A stretch of 62,199 nucleotides of DNA, counting the filler, from Globobulimina sp. (taxonomy: Eukaryota): the NCBI GenBank assembly GCA_003354225.1. It is 27 parts of 27 records of this genome, joined end to end, with 100 filler letters (N's around TTAATTAATTAA, not from the genome) between each part and the next. Parts side by side here need not be neighbours in the genome. Positions count along the whole stretch, not along the records: positions 46,158 to 48,363 come from PIVH01008199.1; positions 48,464 to 50,669 come from PIVH01008200.1; positions 50,770 to 52,975 come from PIVH01008201.1; positions 53,076 to 55,281 come from PIVH01008202.1; positions 55,382 to 57,587 come from PIVH01008203.1; positions 57,688 to 59,893 come from PIVH01008204.1; 21 more parts are not named here. The stretch is one strand, 5' to 3'. Positions 46,158-57,848 of the stretch are shown here, one piece after another (the stretch's first letter is position 1; every line of letters starts with the position of its first letter). A program made the translations under genes and the position numbers. The notes beneath the pieces were generated by a model. That model had not been told where the DNA came from and searched no databases. It was given only the letters and a program-made list of their open reading frames with translations.

Positions 46158-47926
46158 CAAATACTGGTAAACCCATTTTATCATTATTATTATTGTGATT
46201 GTGATTGTTATTCCCATTTGCAACAGGAACAGGTTTTCGCGCTCGGTCTAAGTTGATAATTTTCTCAATTTTCCTTTTTTTATGTACTAGTATACCAACA
46301 CCAACTTTGTTTGTTTTGTGTTTCTTTTTCTTAAATAAACCTGTCGGTGCACTCAAAGATTGTATCACTCGCTTCCTACTAATGCCAACTGGATATTTTT
46401 TGAGCATATCACCGACATTCATCCATCCCGAAGGTGCATGGAACCGTAATTCTCGCGTATGCCGAAAACACCAATTCGTTGTCACCTCATGACACTCACA
46501 TTTGTAATATTGATCCCAAGAGATGGTCTCGCCACAAATATCACAATCAATGGGCGACGACAATGGATTGGGCTGCGGCCGCATAATATGATTATGGTAA
46601 CACATTCGCTCCGGTTCCACACCATCTTCACCCACAGACAAATCTGTCTTACACGCTTCCCATTTCTCGATCATTCGTTTCTTCTTCTTCTTGCGCCGCT
46701 TCTTGCTCTTTTTCTTCTGCTTTTTCTAAACAAATTCACAAAAACATGCATAAATACACGTATACAAATATATTACTAAACAGAAGGTGGACAATCGACG
46801 GATATGTCGCTATTCATTGCAGTTTGAGTGTCAGTTTCACTTCGTTTTCTTTTGCGATTTCTACGTTTACCGTTTGGAACTGAATTATTTGTGTCGATAT
46901 GGAGCGTGTTCATAAGAAAGGAATCGAATTTCCTTTGAGTACTACGCGTGTTATACTCAATGGTGCCATTCTCCTCCGATGAATAATCCTCTTCGGTCTC
47001 TGTACCGTCGGAGGAATATTCCTCTTCCTCTTCGCTGTCATCACTATAAATGTTATACTTTTTGTGTGATCTTATTATTCTTTTCTTCTTTCTCGAGGCT
47101 GACCCATCTTTCATATGCGCCCAATACACGCACTGGCGACCATCATCGGGACAAAACCTACATTGCGTTGGTTTGGGTGCAATGGGGTGTTTATACAGTA
47201 ATTTATTGTCATGTAATTTAAAAAATGGTCTCTTCCTATTTTCAACTCTCTTCTCGCCGCGCAATATGGCCTCGACAAAGGGCTGCAATATGGTCAATGC
47301 GGAGGGAATGCCATCGGGATCTTTACCAAAATACAATCTATTTAGTAGGTTATTAATTATTTGATTTGATGCCTGAGCAATTAGCAATTAATTACGAGTA
47401 TTTACGACTTAACTTATCACCGTAGGCCTGTTTCCATTGATTGATTTTAGTTTGGACAGATATCTGTTGTTCAATTTGTTTTTGTGCCTCGTGTTTAGGA
47501 GTCCAAATTCCTAGCTGGCCGCACGCGTTTACACCCTTTTCAAAGCGACATACATCCAATATTCCATAACAAAATGGACCTAATTGGTAAGGGTCGTCCA
47601 TGTGAAGCGATTTGTTGAACCAATAAGTCTCTGAAAATATCACTACGCCTAATATTTGACCGCGTGGTAATTTCTCGATCTTATCCATTGAGGATTGACT
47701 GTCGATAAGCAAATTCTGTATTGCATTGCGATGGGATGGGACTCTATTTGTTATTATTGTTGTTTATAACTCATTTTATAACTCGCCATCTATAAATAAA
47801 AAAATGGAAAATAAAACATAACTCAAATCTTAATTTCAATTTGTCTCGAAATAAATCAACATGATAGTCATCTGCTTTTAGGTCTTTATTAATTCGTTTC
47901 CCTGCATGAATGTACATGACTCGCAT
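46158..47926 (-). CDS. Multi-exon protein with circularly permuted ASCH domain and Cys/His finger (introns 47744-47822, 47338-47395, one unresolved near 46730-46780)
   Basis: YIHAGKR, LPRGQILGVV, GQLGIW precede ALTILQPFVEAILRGEKRVENR; downstream CYHNH...CDIC...CEC...CFRH. Confidence 0.7.
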
Positions 47927-48148
47927 CGTTGGATCGACTTGGTTTTGGGTTGAATGGGTTCTGTGGAGATTTAAATTTTGATAATGACAGGTTTGTTGGT
48001 TATTATTAGGTTAACAAAAAAAACGTGTTTTTCGAGAAATTTCTTACTAAACTTACTCACTCACAACGTACGTCAGGAACAAACATTTACAACGTTATCA
48101 ATGTTATAATCGTAATTATGTTATATGTACGTTAATACTATCAAAATG

Positions 48149-48363
48149 TTAATCGTTTTCATCAAATATGCCTTTTAATGATGTCACTACATTTTGTATT
48201 CTCGAATCCAACAATAATAAATCGTTACCAATCCATTGTTCAAAATCTGCAAATTTTGGAAATAAAATGGACCGAGTTGCAAATAATTCAATTATTTTTT
48301 CATTCAGTTCATATTGTAATGAATTTTGCATTTCATCTTCTTCATCATCTTTCATGTCAAAAT
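48149..48363 (-). CDS. C-terminal fragment of hypothetical protein
   Basis: Open frame to contig edge. Confidence 0.4.
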
Positions 48364-48463
48364 NNNNNNNNNNNNNNNNNNNNNNNNNNNNNNNNNNNNN
48401 NNNNNNNTTAATTAATTAANNNNNNNNNNNNNNNNNNNNNNNNNNNNNNNNNNNNNNNNNNNN

Positions 48464-50109
48464 AGCTGGGGTCCCACGGATCGAAGGTCTTCAGTGCTCG
48501 TGGATTGTTGGTTTGATCACTTCTTTCTTTGGAGGGAGGACCTCAATGATATCAGGTGCCACAGGAGCTATCGCTGCGGTGTTAGCCACCATTCCTGATC
48601 GACATCACATATATCCCGTTGTTATAATATCTGGCTTTTTAATCACACTCTCAGCAACCTGCAAATTGACCAAATTTGCCAGGCTAATACCTCATTCTGC
48701 GATGATTGGCTTTTTAAATGGTTTGGCAATCATTATTGGACAATCCCAGCTTCATATTTTTGAACATTGTGATGGAATGGAATTAATATTAATGATCATA
48801 TCATCGGTTGCTGTGTTTTTAATGGTTTATTTATTGCCTCGCTTAACCAGCGCAGTGCCATCGTCATTGGCTGGTATTTTGATTGCTGTCTTGTTGGAAT
48901 ACGGATTGTTTCGCGCTGTGTTTGGTATTAAAACCAAAGTGATTGGAGATTTGGGCGAGTTAAGTGGCGATATGCCGACTTTATTATTTTTTAGAAACGA
49001 TTTGGAGTCGCTTGATTTGAATGTTTCTGTGTTGTTGGAGTTGTTAATACCGTCATTGTGGATCACTTTGGTGGCGATATCTGAGGATGTAATGACTATC
49101 GATGTGGTGTCTGAAATGACCAATACTCGGCCAAACACAAAAGAGGGCGAAATTGATATGGTGCGACAGCAGATTATGGCCATGGGAGTTAGCAATATTA
49201 TCTCTGGGCTGTTGGGCACGATGGGTGGTGGCAGCACCATCGGTTTATCCATAATTGCATGCTTCCAAGGTAGTAATGGTCGGTATAGAATCACCGGAGT
49301 TGTTACAGCGTTGACTGTATTATTTGTTGTATTGGTAAGTGTATTTATTATTGTTTTCTATATATTATATATTTAAATGATTGAAAAAATAGGTGGGACA
49401 TTCTGGAATCAGTGCAATTCCGGCTTCTGCACTGGTTGGTATTATTGCGTGTACTGTACACCATACTTTTGAATATCATTCAATTTTTATCATAATGGCA
49501 TCTATTTTGCCACAATCTGCACGCAATTATTTACAACAAAATGTGTATAAGAAATCAATGAAAAAGATTCAAAGAGCTGATGCTTTTGTTATTGTATTGG
49601 TTACAGTTTTAACATTGATAACAAACTTAGGGATCGCAATCAGTGCCGGATTGATATTTTCCTGTTTAGTGTATTCATGGCAATCTGCAAATGATTTAAA
49701 AGTAAAGGTAGAAACTGCAGAGATAAACATTAAAGGAGATGGAGATCATTGTGATGACGGAAAAATAATTAAAATATATCGTTTGGACGGACCGCTATTT
49801 TTTGGTAATGCACGAAGCATTGTTTGTGAGTTTACGCCGAAAACAGATCCTAATCAAATTGAAATACATTTACATGACGCACAAATCTATGATTATTCAG
49901 CCATTAATGCGTTGAATATCATTGCTGAAAAATATAAGAAGTACAATAAATCCGTTCATTTACGACATATTACCGAGAAATCACAAAAATTAATCAGCAA
50001 AGCTCATCATTTAATTTCTAATTTTACGTATGATACAAAATCAACAGTTTCCTCATCATTCAGTTTAGAAGCTGCTGATCATTATCATCTCGAACAATAT
50101 CCAAACTAA
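48464..50109 (+). CDS. SulP/SLC26 anion transporter with STAS domain (intron 49335-49392; 5' partial)
   Basis: FGGRTSMISGATGA, GFLNGLAIII, GTMGG, IYRLDGPLFFG, DYSAINAL. Confidence 0.92.
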
Positions 50110-50279
50110 ATTAATGATATATTTTTTTCGTTTTTTTATTATTTTTTTTCTGTTATTTTATTTTTAGTTTTTTTTTCGTATTCGATATAAACTTTTTTTT
50201 TATAGGAAAACCTCGAACCTTTTTATCTTACAACACTTCTATCATTCCATTTTCTACTAAATAACTACTACTGCCAATC

Positions 50280-50669
50280 ATGTCAAATAAAAAAAAGTTG
50301 CTCGGAGGAGGAGCAGCGTTTGCCAGTCTTGCTGGAATTGGATATGTTGTAAAACAATTCTTTGACAGTAAAAAAAGTAATACTGATGACACAAATGATG
50401 AGAAAAAAGAACAAACAGTCCCCAACAAATTACAGAGAGAATCGTCGCAGGCACCTCCCAACTATTTAGGAGTTAAAATTGAATTAAGTGATTATTATGA
50501 AAAACTATTATCGGAATTACCAGAACCAAAATTAGTGTACAAACATTTTATGAGTTGTTTATCAACGCCACGACCATCACATAAGTTGGACAAAATGCGC
50601 GAAACGCTCCAAAAAACCGCAAATGTATTAGGTGTTGAATACACACAAGATAAAATTGGCAATGTGTGT
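50280..50669 (+). CDS. PepD-like M20 dipeptidase N-terminus with membrane anchor (3' partial)
   Basis: EPKLVYKHF....STPRPSHK...QDKIGNV. Confidence 0.7.
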
Positions 50670-51260
50670 NNNNNNNNNNNNNNNNNNNNNNNNNNNNNNN
50701 NNNNNNNNNNNNNTTAATTAATTAANNNNNNNNNNNNNNNNNNNNNNNNNNNNNNNNNNNNNNNNNNNNGGTGCTGTACAATAATAATAATTCCGATATA
50801 ATAATTCCGATAAAAGCACCATGCTGTCTCGTGCAACAAAGTTGATTACAGCTTCTGCTGTTGAGGTTTTAAATGAAATTCGAAATGCAAATCAAAAGGA
50901 AGATTTTAGATTAGATTCTGAATGATTTAATTCATCATAAACAGTGTTTAACTTAAATTTATCACTCAAAAATCGTATTTTTCAAATCATGGATAATAGT
51001 CATAATACACTCTATCCAGAGCTTGTTCACGAGAAACATCCATCACTAAAGTCAAATGTATTCAAATCACATGATGAATGATAAAAAAATATATTAAACG
51101 TCCATCCGAATCACTCAGAACAAAACAAAGACGCAAACACTCACAAAAACATCAAAAACACAAAACTAAAACTGGCTGAGAGACGGATAGAAAACGTAAA
51201 TTAAGTTTAATACAATGGTTGAAAAAAAAGATAATTTTAAAATCTATTAAATATGTTAGT

Positions 51261-52975
51261 TCATACAATATCTTTAAACAGTTTTTTATATGAATCGGTA
51301 AAGGTGAACCTTAAAAACGAATTTTCTCGCGTTAAATTCCAAATTTCTTCAAAAGCAGTATCAAAAATATGATACAAATACGTATTGATTAACAAATATT
51401 TATTAATAGCAGCTGGACATTGTACAGTTTCATCTGTCGCTCCGCCCGAATGTCTCACAATATATTCAAAAAACTCATCACTATCTTTCTCAAACAAATG
51501 TATTAAAAAATTCCTTGTATCACTCGATACATTCACCGATAAATCGCTGTTTTGTTTTACATACTTATCATAGAGAAAAAACGCAAAATCCCGGATCCAT
51601 TCAGAGCTCACCGAGCATGTTCTTGGTGTATTAATATGTAAAGCAGATAGTCGTTGTGTGCTGTATGAAACCGATGTTGTTCGCGGTGTGCCCGATAATG
51701 TGGCAGGAGACTGCGGCACCGCTATTTGCGAAGCTTTTCTATGAACCATTGATATCCGGAGATCTCTGTAAGTTTTGGTTGCGTCAGAGATGGGTGACAT
51801 TGCCGGAAGCATTGATTCCGACAATGATTCGTTAAAATAATTAAAAGGCCGCAAGTGCCATGCAATTGGAATCCAATCACGCTCTAAAATGGATTGCTGA
51901 AACTTTTTGAATAATGTATTACGTCTGTTGGCAGAATCACTCATATAAAGCCTAGAATATTCTATTCCATCTGTACATTTTTCAGCAAATAGCATATCGG
52001 AAACAGTGTATTCTTTTTATTCACATACTTTGTGCTCCAAATGAAGCATTTCTTTGCTTTCTGCTGCAAATAAGGATCTGTCGAATGTTTCGTTGTCGAA
52101 CATTGATCGAAAAAAATTGAGACAATCGATCTGGCACTGTTTGTTTTTGTTTTTTTAGGACTTTCCATAATGAAAAAGGAACAATGAGTACCGTTATAGG
52201 AGCACAATGACGCTTTGTATTGAGCCACTTCTACCAAAAATAGTACAGATTCCACTGATAATTCGTTGACGCAATGTCGCTGTCATGTGCATAATATGAG
52301 TGTGTGTATATGGACAAAGAGCACATAGCAGCATACCATGAACGCTTCAAATGATGTTTGATGGCGCAATACATCAAGCAATGGGATTTTTTTTTTGCCA
52401 TTTTTGTTGTGATTGATAATGGATATTCTGCGTTGTTCTAATTTTTGCAAATTGAGTAATAAGCCATTTAATACCCAGCCAGTTTGCAGATAGGAAGTAG
52501 AAAAAATAAATGTTATGTCAATGAAATATAAAATGCTCTCGAACATTTTTGTTGTGTATATGGAGGTTAATAATAAGATGAGAGAGAGGATGGAAGTGCA
52601 CAATATGTAGCAAAGCATATAGGACAAATACTTCATTTCATTTGTTATGTTGAACTGATCGTTTATATTTTTTATTTTTTCGACAATAAACAGTACGAAA
52701 GCGGAGACTGGAAGACCTATACAGATACGTAACGAGACAAATAAATATTCGTCAATCAGTGTAGTTGTCTTATTTGATGATATGAGGATATTATTAATAA
52801 TATACGTGTAATAAATGTAAAGCAAAAGCATGAAAATGATGGCAATATAGATTGGGAAAACACATTTTAATAAAACAGTATCGCTGCCAAATGAATTTTT
52901 CTTATTTAAAAAGAAATTGCTCTCATTTGGACTGATAACGTTCCGCCAGTTGCGATCGACTGTGGCATTCGCAAA
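51261..52975 (-). CDS. TM plus split RGS-domain protein (7TM-RGS type); multi-exon, one apparent homopolymer frameshift; 5' partial
   Basis: LLDVL....SFEAFM|RHCVNELSVESVLFLVEV..YK and LYDKYV..NSDLSVNVSS..R, IFDTAFEEIWNL...SFLRF. Confidence 0.8.
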
Positions 52976-53107
52976 NNNNNNNNNNNNNNNNNNNNNNNNN
53001 NNNNNNNNNNNNNNNNNNNTTAATTAATTAANNNNNNNNNNNNNNNNNNNNNNNNNNNNNNNNNNNNNNNNNNNNGAAAAAATCTTTTTTTGGAATATTA
53101 AGTTTGT

Positions 53108-53151
53108 ATTAGTTTGCTATCTTCTCATAATTAGTTTGCTATCTTCTCATA
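53108..53151. repeat. 22-bp tandem duplication
   Basis: attagtttgctatcttctcata x2. Confidence 0.85.
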
Positions 53152-53223
53152 TAAAAAAATTAAACTAAATCATATTATCATTATTATAAAAAAAACAAAC
53201 GTAATTTGGGTTTAATATTCATT

Positions 53224-54749
53224 TCAATGAAACGAAAATGTTTTGAATTCTTCCCATGTGACACCTGGTTGTTTTTGTTTTGGTTTTGTGTTAAAAATCT
53301 TATTAATTGTATATTTTTTATTTTTTAACCATTCTTTATATTGCACATATTTGGTAACACCAATCTTATTAATTATGCCGCCATCGGTTGATCCATAATA
53401 TCTATCATCCACATTCAATGATTTATATTTCCTTTTATCCATTGATAAATTTGGATCTTCATTCCAACATAAAAACTCATCGTCAGACATTTGTTCCCAA
53501 TTTATACTGTTTCTGAATCGACAATATGGCAGCACCACATTTGAAATAGTCGCGAATAACCACACAAATAATAAAAAAGCACCAGCTATAACTTGAACAT
53601 ACATTGGCCATGAATCATAATAATCGATAAAAATAGTGGTTACACTGATATTCATAATCGACAAAACCAAAATAAAATATCCAACCAAAATATATGAATC
53701 AATATACGTTAACTCGCAGGTCTCCGGCAAGTCGATTGATATCGCATATTGATAGGCTGCCAATGTCAGCAAAAGCGTCACCAAATAACCCAACTGATCG
53801 CCTACGCCATCCCCATCACTGTCTGTCAACGAAAATATGGCAAACGAAGATAATACAATCAAAAACAAGGGCAATATGGCATATAACAAATAAAAAGTTG
53901 GCTTTCTTTTCACCCTCAATCTTATCAATGAGAAATAAAATTGATATTTCTGCTCAGGATCAATAAGTGAGGAATGGTCCGCTCTCATATCCAACCAAGG
54001 AGTCAATAAATTCCATTGTGTAACAGAATCGTGTTTGCAGCATTTAATGGGAACGTGGTATTTATAGCGGGAGCCTGGATATACAAAATCGGGCATAGTA
54101 GTCACAAAATTATACTTTTTAATATTATACGGCACTTTGATGTTTAAAAACTGCGCATCGAATGGAAATGTATTCAGCTCAAACCGTTCCGATAACGCGC
54201 AGGTTACACTGAAATGCAAATGAAAGCATTTGTTTGCTGGGTCGAGCCATATTCGTGAGTTAATGTCATCTTTTCGTTCCATTAGATTTAAGAATGGGTC
54301 ATGCGGCTTAATTGGCAACGAATAATTATCTGATATCTCCTCGAATTTTTTATAATCGACATATTTTTCAGTTTTGTCGTCACCGAATGCAGCATTGCCT
54401 TGTAATTTTTTCAGCAATTTGTCATCTTTCCAAAATACATTAATCCATGCTCTAACACTAAATGTTTGATCATGCAAATTAATGCCAGTCAAATGTATTT
54501 CGCATGCGAGACATGCTTTCGCTAAATTATTCACATCCTATCATATATATATATATATGTAATGTACAATAACAAGCAACAAATAAGCCACACTTTGTCA
54601 ACTGGTGATAGTTCATCTTTGTCGGCTGGTGGTGGTGTCGGTGATAATAGTTCCTCTTTTTCTTCTGCAAATTGAATATGTTGTACTGTTTTGCCTGTTT
54701 TTAGCAGAGGATCGCTCACCGCATTTGTTCGAGAGGTTGTTGTTGTCAT
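53224..54749 (-). CDS. Pentameric ligand-gated ion channel, Cys-less Pro-loop type (intron 54538-54593)
   Basis: I....QTF......W.D, FELNTFPFDAQ, LRVKRKPTFY...ILP, LLLTL.AY, LP....LTYID. Confidence 0.85.
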
Positions 54750-54824
54750 GTTTAGTCGGACAACATTCAGAGCAAAATTTATATTACAAATTGTACATTG
54801 AGTGCGAGGATAGAAAAGATTGAC

Positions 54825-55281
54825 TTAATACACCCGATAACCTTCGATTGTGGCAATAGCATTTTTACCGTATAAACTCACTGCTAAGCTATATTTAATG
54901 CTATTCCGTTTTTTAATATTACCATACATAATTCCTTGATATTTTTTATGTTTAAACCATCCGTTATTATTCGTTAAATAAAATGATAATGTTTTTGTTT
55001 GCAAATTTAGATCCATACTAACTGTCATTTCTTTGCACCTTTTAAATGATGCAAAATCACCATACTCTTTACTTTGATATTTAAACAATGCTTGATCCGC
55101 TTGAATATAATATGCATAATTGATGTCATCTTTATTTCTTTGAAAAGCGGTCTCCAAATTATTCCTATTTGTTGTGATTCCAATAATATACCAACAATTT
55201 TTTAATCTCAACTTAATATCCCATGCAAAATGATAGTTTGTATTGGATTCAATAACATGTCTTCCAAAAACACAACTCCAT
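54825..55281 (-). CDS. SPRY/B30.2-like domain (5' partial)
   Basis: W.I.LR...IIGI...MDLNL..KTLSFY...YQGI..NI....YSLAVSL. Confidence 0.7.
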
Positions 55282-55381
55282 NNNNNNNNNNNNNNNNNNN
55301 NNNNNNNNNNNNNNNNNNNNNNNNNTTAATTAATTAANNNNNNNNNNNNNNNNNNNNNNNNNNNNNNNNNNNNNNNNNNNN

Positions 55382-56313
55382 TTTAATTGAAATTTTTTCC
55401 ATTGTTTTTGGTTTTTGATTGCATTTTCATGATATATGGCTTGATCGTAATCGCCGACCTCCGGACTACACATTTTCGTTGTTTTCATTGGCGATACTAA
55501 CGGATCAAAATATGCATCTTTTTCATTCTCATTTGAAAATACAACATCTTCATTTTCAGCTTGGTTTTTCGTGTTCTTTTTAAAAACCAATGACTTTCGC
55601 AATATGCTCAATTTATCTTTAATTATTACTATTTCTTCTTCGTTATCTTTTTGTTGGTCAATGGCGGCGTGTTGAACATCTGAAGAATGCGTTTTTGGTT
55701 TTTCTTTATCACTGTTTGCTTTTGTAAATATTCCCATTGACGATAATTCTTCATCCAACAATTCAATTTCCTTTGCAATATTTGTTAAAAAACTATCATT
55801 TGCCGACACCGACAGCGATTTTATCTCGTTTTTCTTGTTATTCTTCGCAGTGTTTACCACATTTGGGAGTTGTGTCCATTGTTCATCTGCTTCAGATTTG
55901 TTATTTGTGTTTGTATGTTGTGCGCTTACCATAGGCAATATATCCACACTCAAATTAAAATTTGTTTGACCATATTCGCCGTACATTTTGCGATTTCTCT
56001 CATCATTTATATTTTCGTCTTGATTGTCATCAATACACTCATTGGATTCGGTGATTGATTCGGCAATACTTTTCGCAGTAAAACTATTCGATGATAACAA
56101 ATGTGGCGGCGATTCTGTCTGAGAATATTCTTTATGTTCCATGACATTTATATCTTTGTTTTGCTGTGTTTGTTCTATTTCATTTTCGCTTTCACTTTCC
56201 GATAAATTGTGACTTGTTTCATGATCGGTGACGGTGAGTGGAAGGATTGAGCCCTGTGAATAAATACAGTGGTTGTTTGTGAATGCAATATAAATAGAAT
56301 GAATTAGCTGCAT
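55382..56313 (-). CDS. Low-complexity acidic hypothetical protein (start uncertain; 3' partial)
   Basis: Open frame of ~310 codons rich in E/N/S/K. Confidence 0.5.
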
Positions 56314-56560
56314 ATGATTTCACAAAATCGTCAAGATTCTTGTTCATAAATGAACTGATTAAATCCATCATGACTACGACTACGGGGCAATATCAAAAAC
56401 AGAATGGATGGATCTGGACTGACGCAGCATTTGTAAACTAAGACTATAAAAAAACATCTTAATCAAAGCTTCAACAAAATCAACACAAACAATCCAATCA
56501 ATGTTGAAGTTGAACAAATTAAACATTATATTCCCATGCTTTAGTCTCCTTGTTTCACTT

Positions 56561-57546
56561 TCATCCATTTCTGCAATACACAACAAACACATTACATATC
56601 GGTTCAAATGTCATTAATTCCCCAGTCTCTAAACTGACTAATTCCAACATGTTTGAATTATCACCAAATTTTATATAAAGCTCATTTCCTTCATCTATTG
56701 TATTATCTGAGATTATAACAGATTCAAATACGTTCGCATTGCCATCCACAATGACAATGTCACCGCTCGCAACATCTATTTGTGACAAGGCAAAGGAATA
56801 CGAACCAGCAATGACTCGTGCTAATGCATACAATTTGCCATTTGCAAAATTAATGTACGAAACACTTGTCGATAATTGCATTTTGTCAAAGGTTTGGTCA
56901 TTAATATTCACTCCATACAAATAAGAATCATCACTATGGCCAATAACAGTTTCATTTGCATCATAAATACACTCTATTCCAATGTAATAAAAAATTCCAT
57001 TGTCATAATCCATGGTTCGCGCTGAATTTATTACAAAACAAGAGGTGGTCACTACAATTTCTTCAACAGATCCATCTTCATTTATAAATACAACATGTTC
57101 TTCTGCGGCATCAGAGTCCCAATACATTGCAACTAATCTTCCAGAAACATAATCGTATTGAAAAAATTTTAAGTTAGCACGCGTTGGCGTTACTTGATTC
57201 ATTACATCTCGATCCTGCAATGGTTGATAATGTGTAAACAGATTGGTCTACAATTAAGGACATGAGACTTGACAGGATCTGCTGAAATACCGCCCATTTC
57301 ATAGTATGGAAACGATAAATCATCGCCTAAACGTGTTACTGTCTCATCGTTCAAGTCAATTCGAGATGGATACCAATTTGCGGCGGGACTATCTTGAGCT
57401 AAAGCAAACATATTCCCTGCTGATATTTTACTATCTTCTGCTTGCAATTCACAACTTAGCTCACTTCCATCGGATTGCGCAGTAAATTCTTTTGTGGCTG
57501 CAATGTAATTAAATGTCAAAATTACGCTAGTTAATACAGTTAGCAT
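56561..57546 (-). CDS. Secreted beta-rich (propeller-like) protein with probable intron ~57215-57273
   Basis: Signal peptide; repeated ID..SG/D..SG strand motifs. Confidence 0.55.
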
Positions 57547-57848
57547 TGTTGTTGATTTTCTAGAGAAAATTTTAAGATTATGCGTAANNNNNNNNNNNNN
57601 NNNNNNNNNNNNNNNNNNNNNNNNNNNNNNNTTAATTAATTAANNNNNNNNNNNNNNNNNNNNNNNNNNNNNNNNNNNNNNNNNNNNCACCATCCTGTCG
57701 CCTTGCAGTCTCATTTATTTATTTTGTTCATCAATACAATCATAATCAACTAATCAAATCCAATCTAATTAATTTGTACATTTAATTCATTCGCAAATTG
57801 AAATATTAAATTAAAAAAATAGAAAATAATTAAAAAAAATCTAAAATA

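Noticed and set aside
52100-52165. Frame discontinuity in the RGS gene as programmed frameshifting
   Set aside because: Falls at 7-nt homopolymer runs; an indel error or mutation is the simpler explanation.
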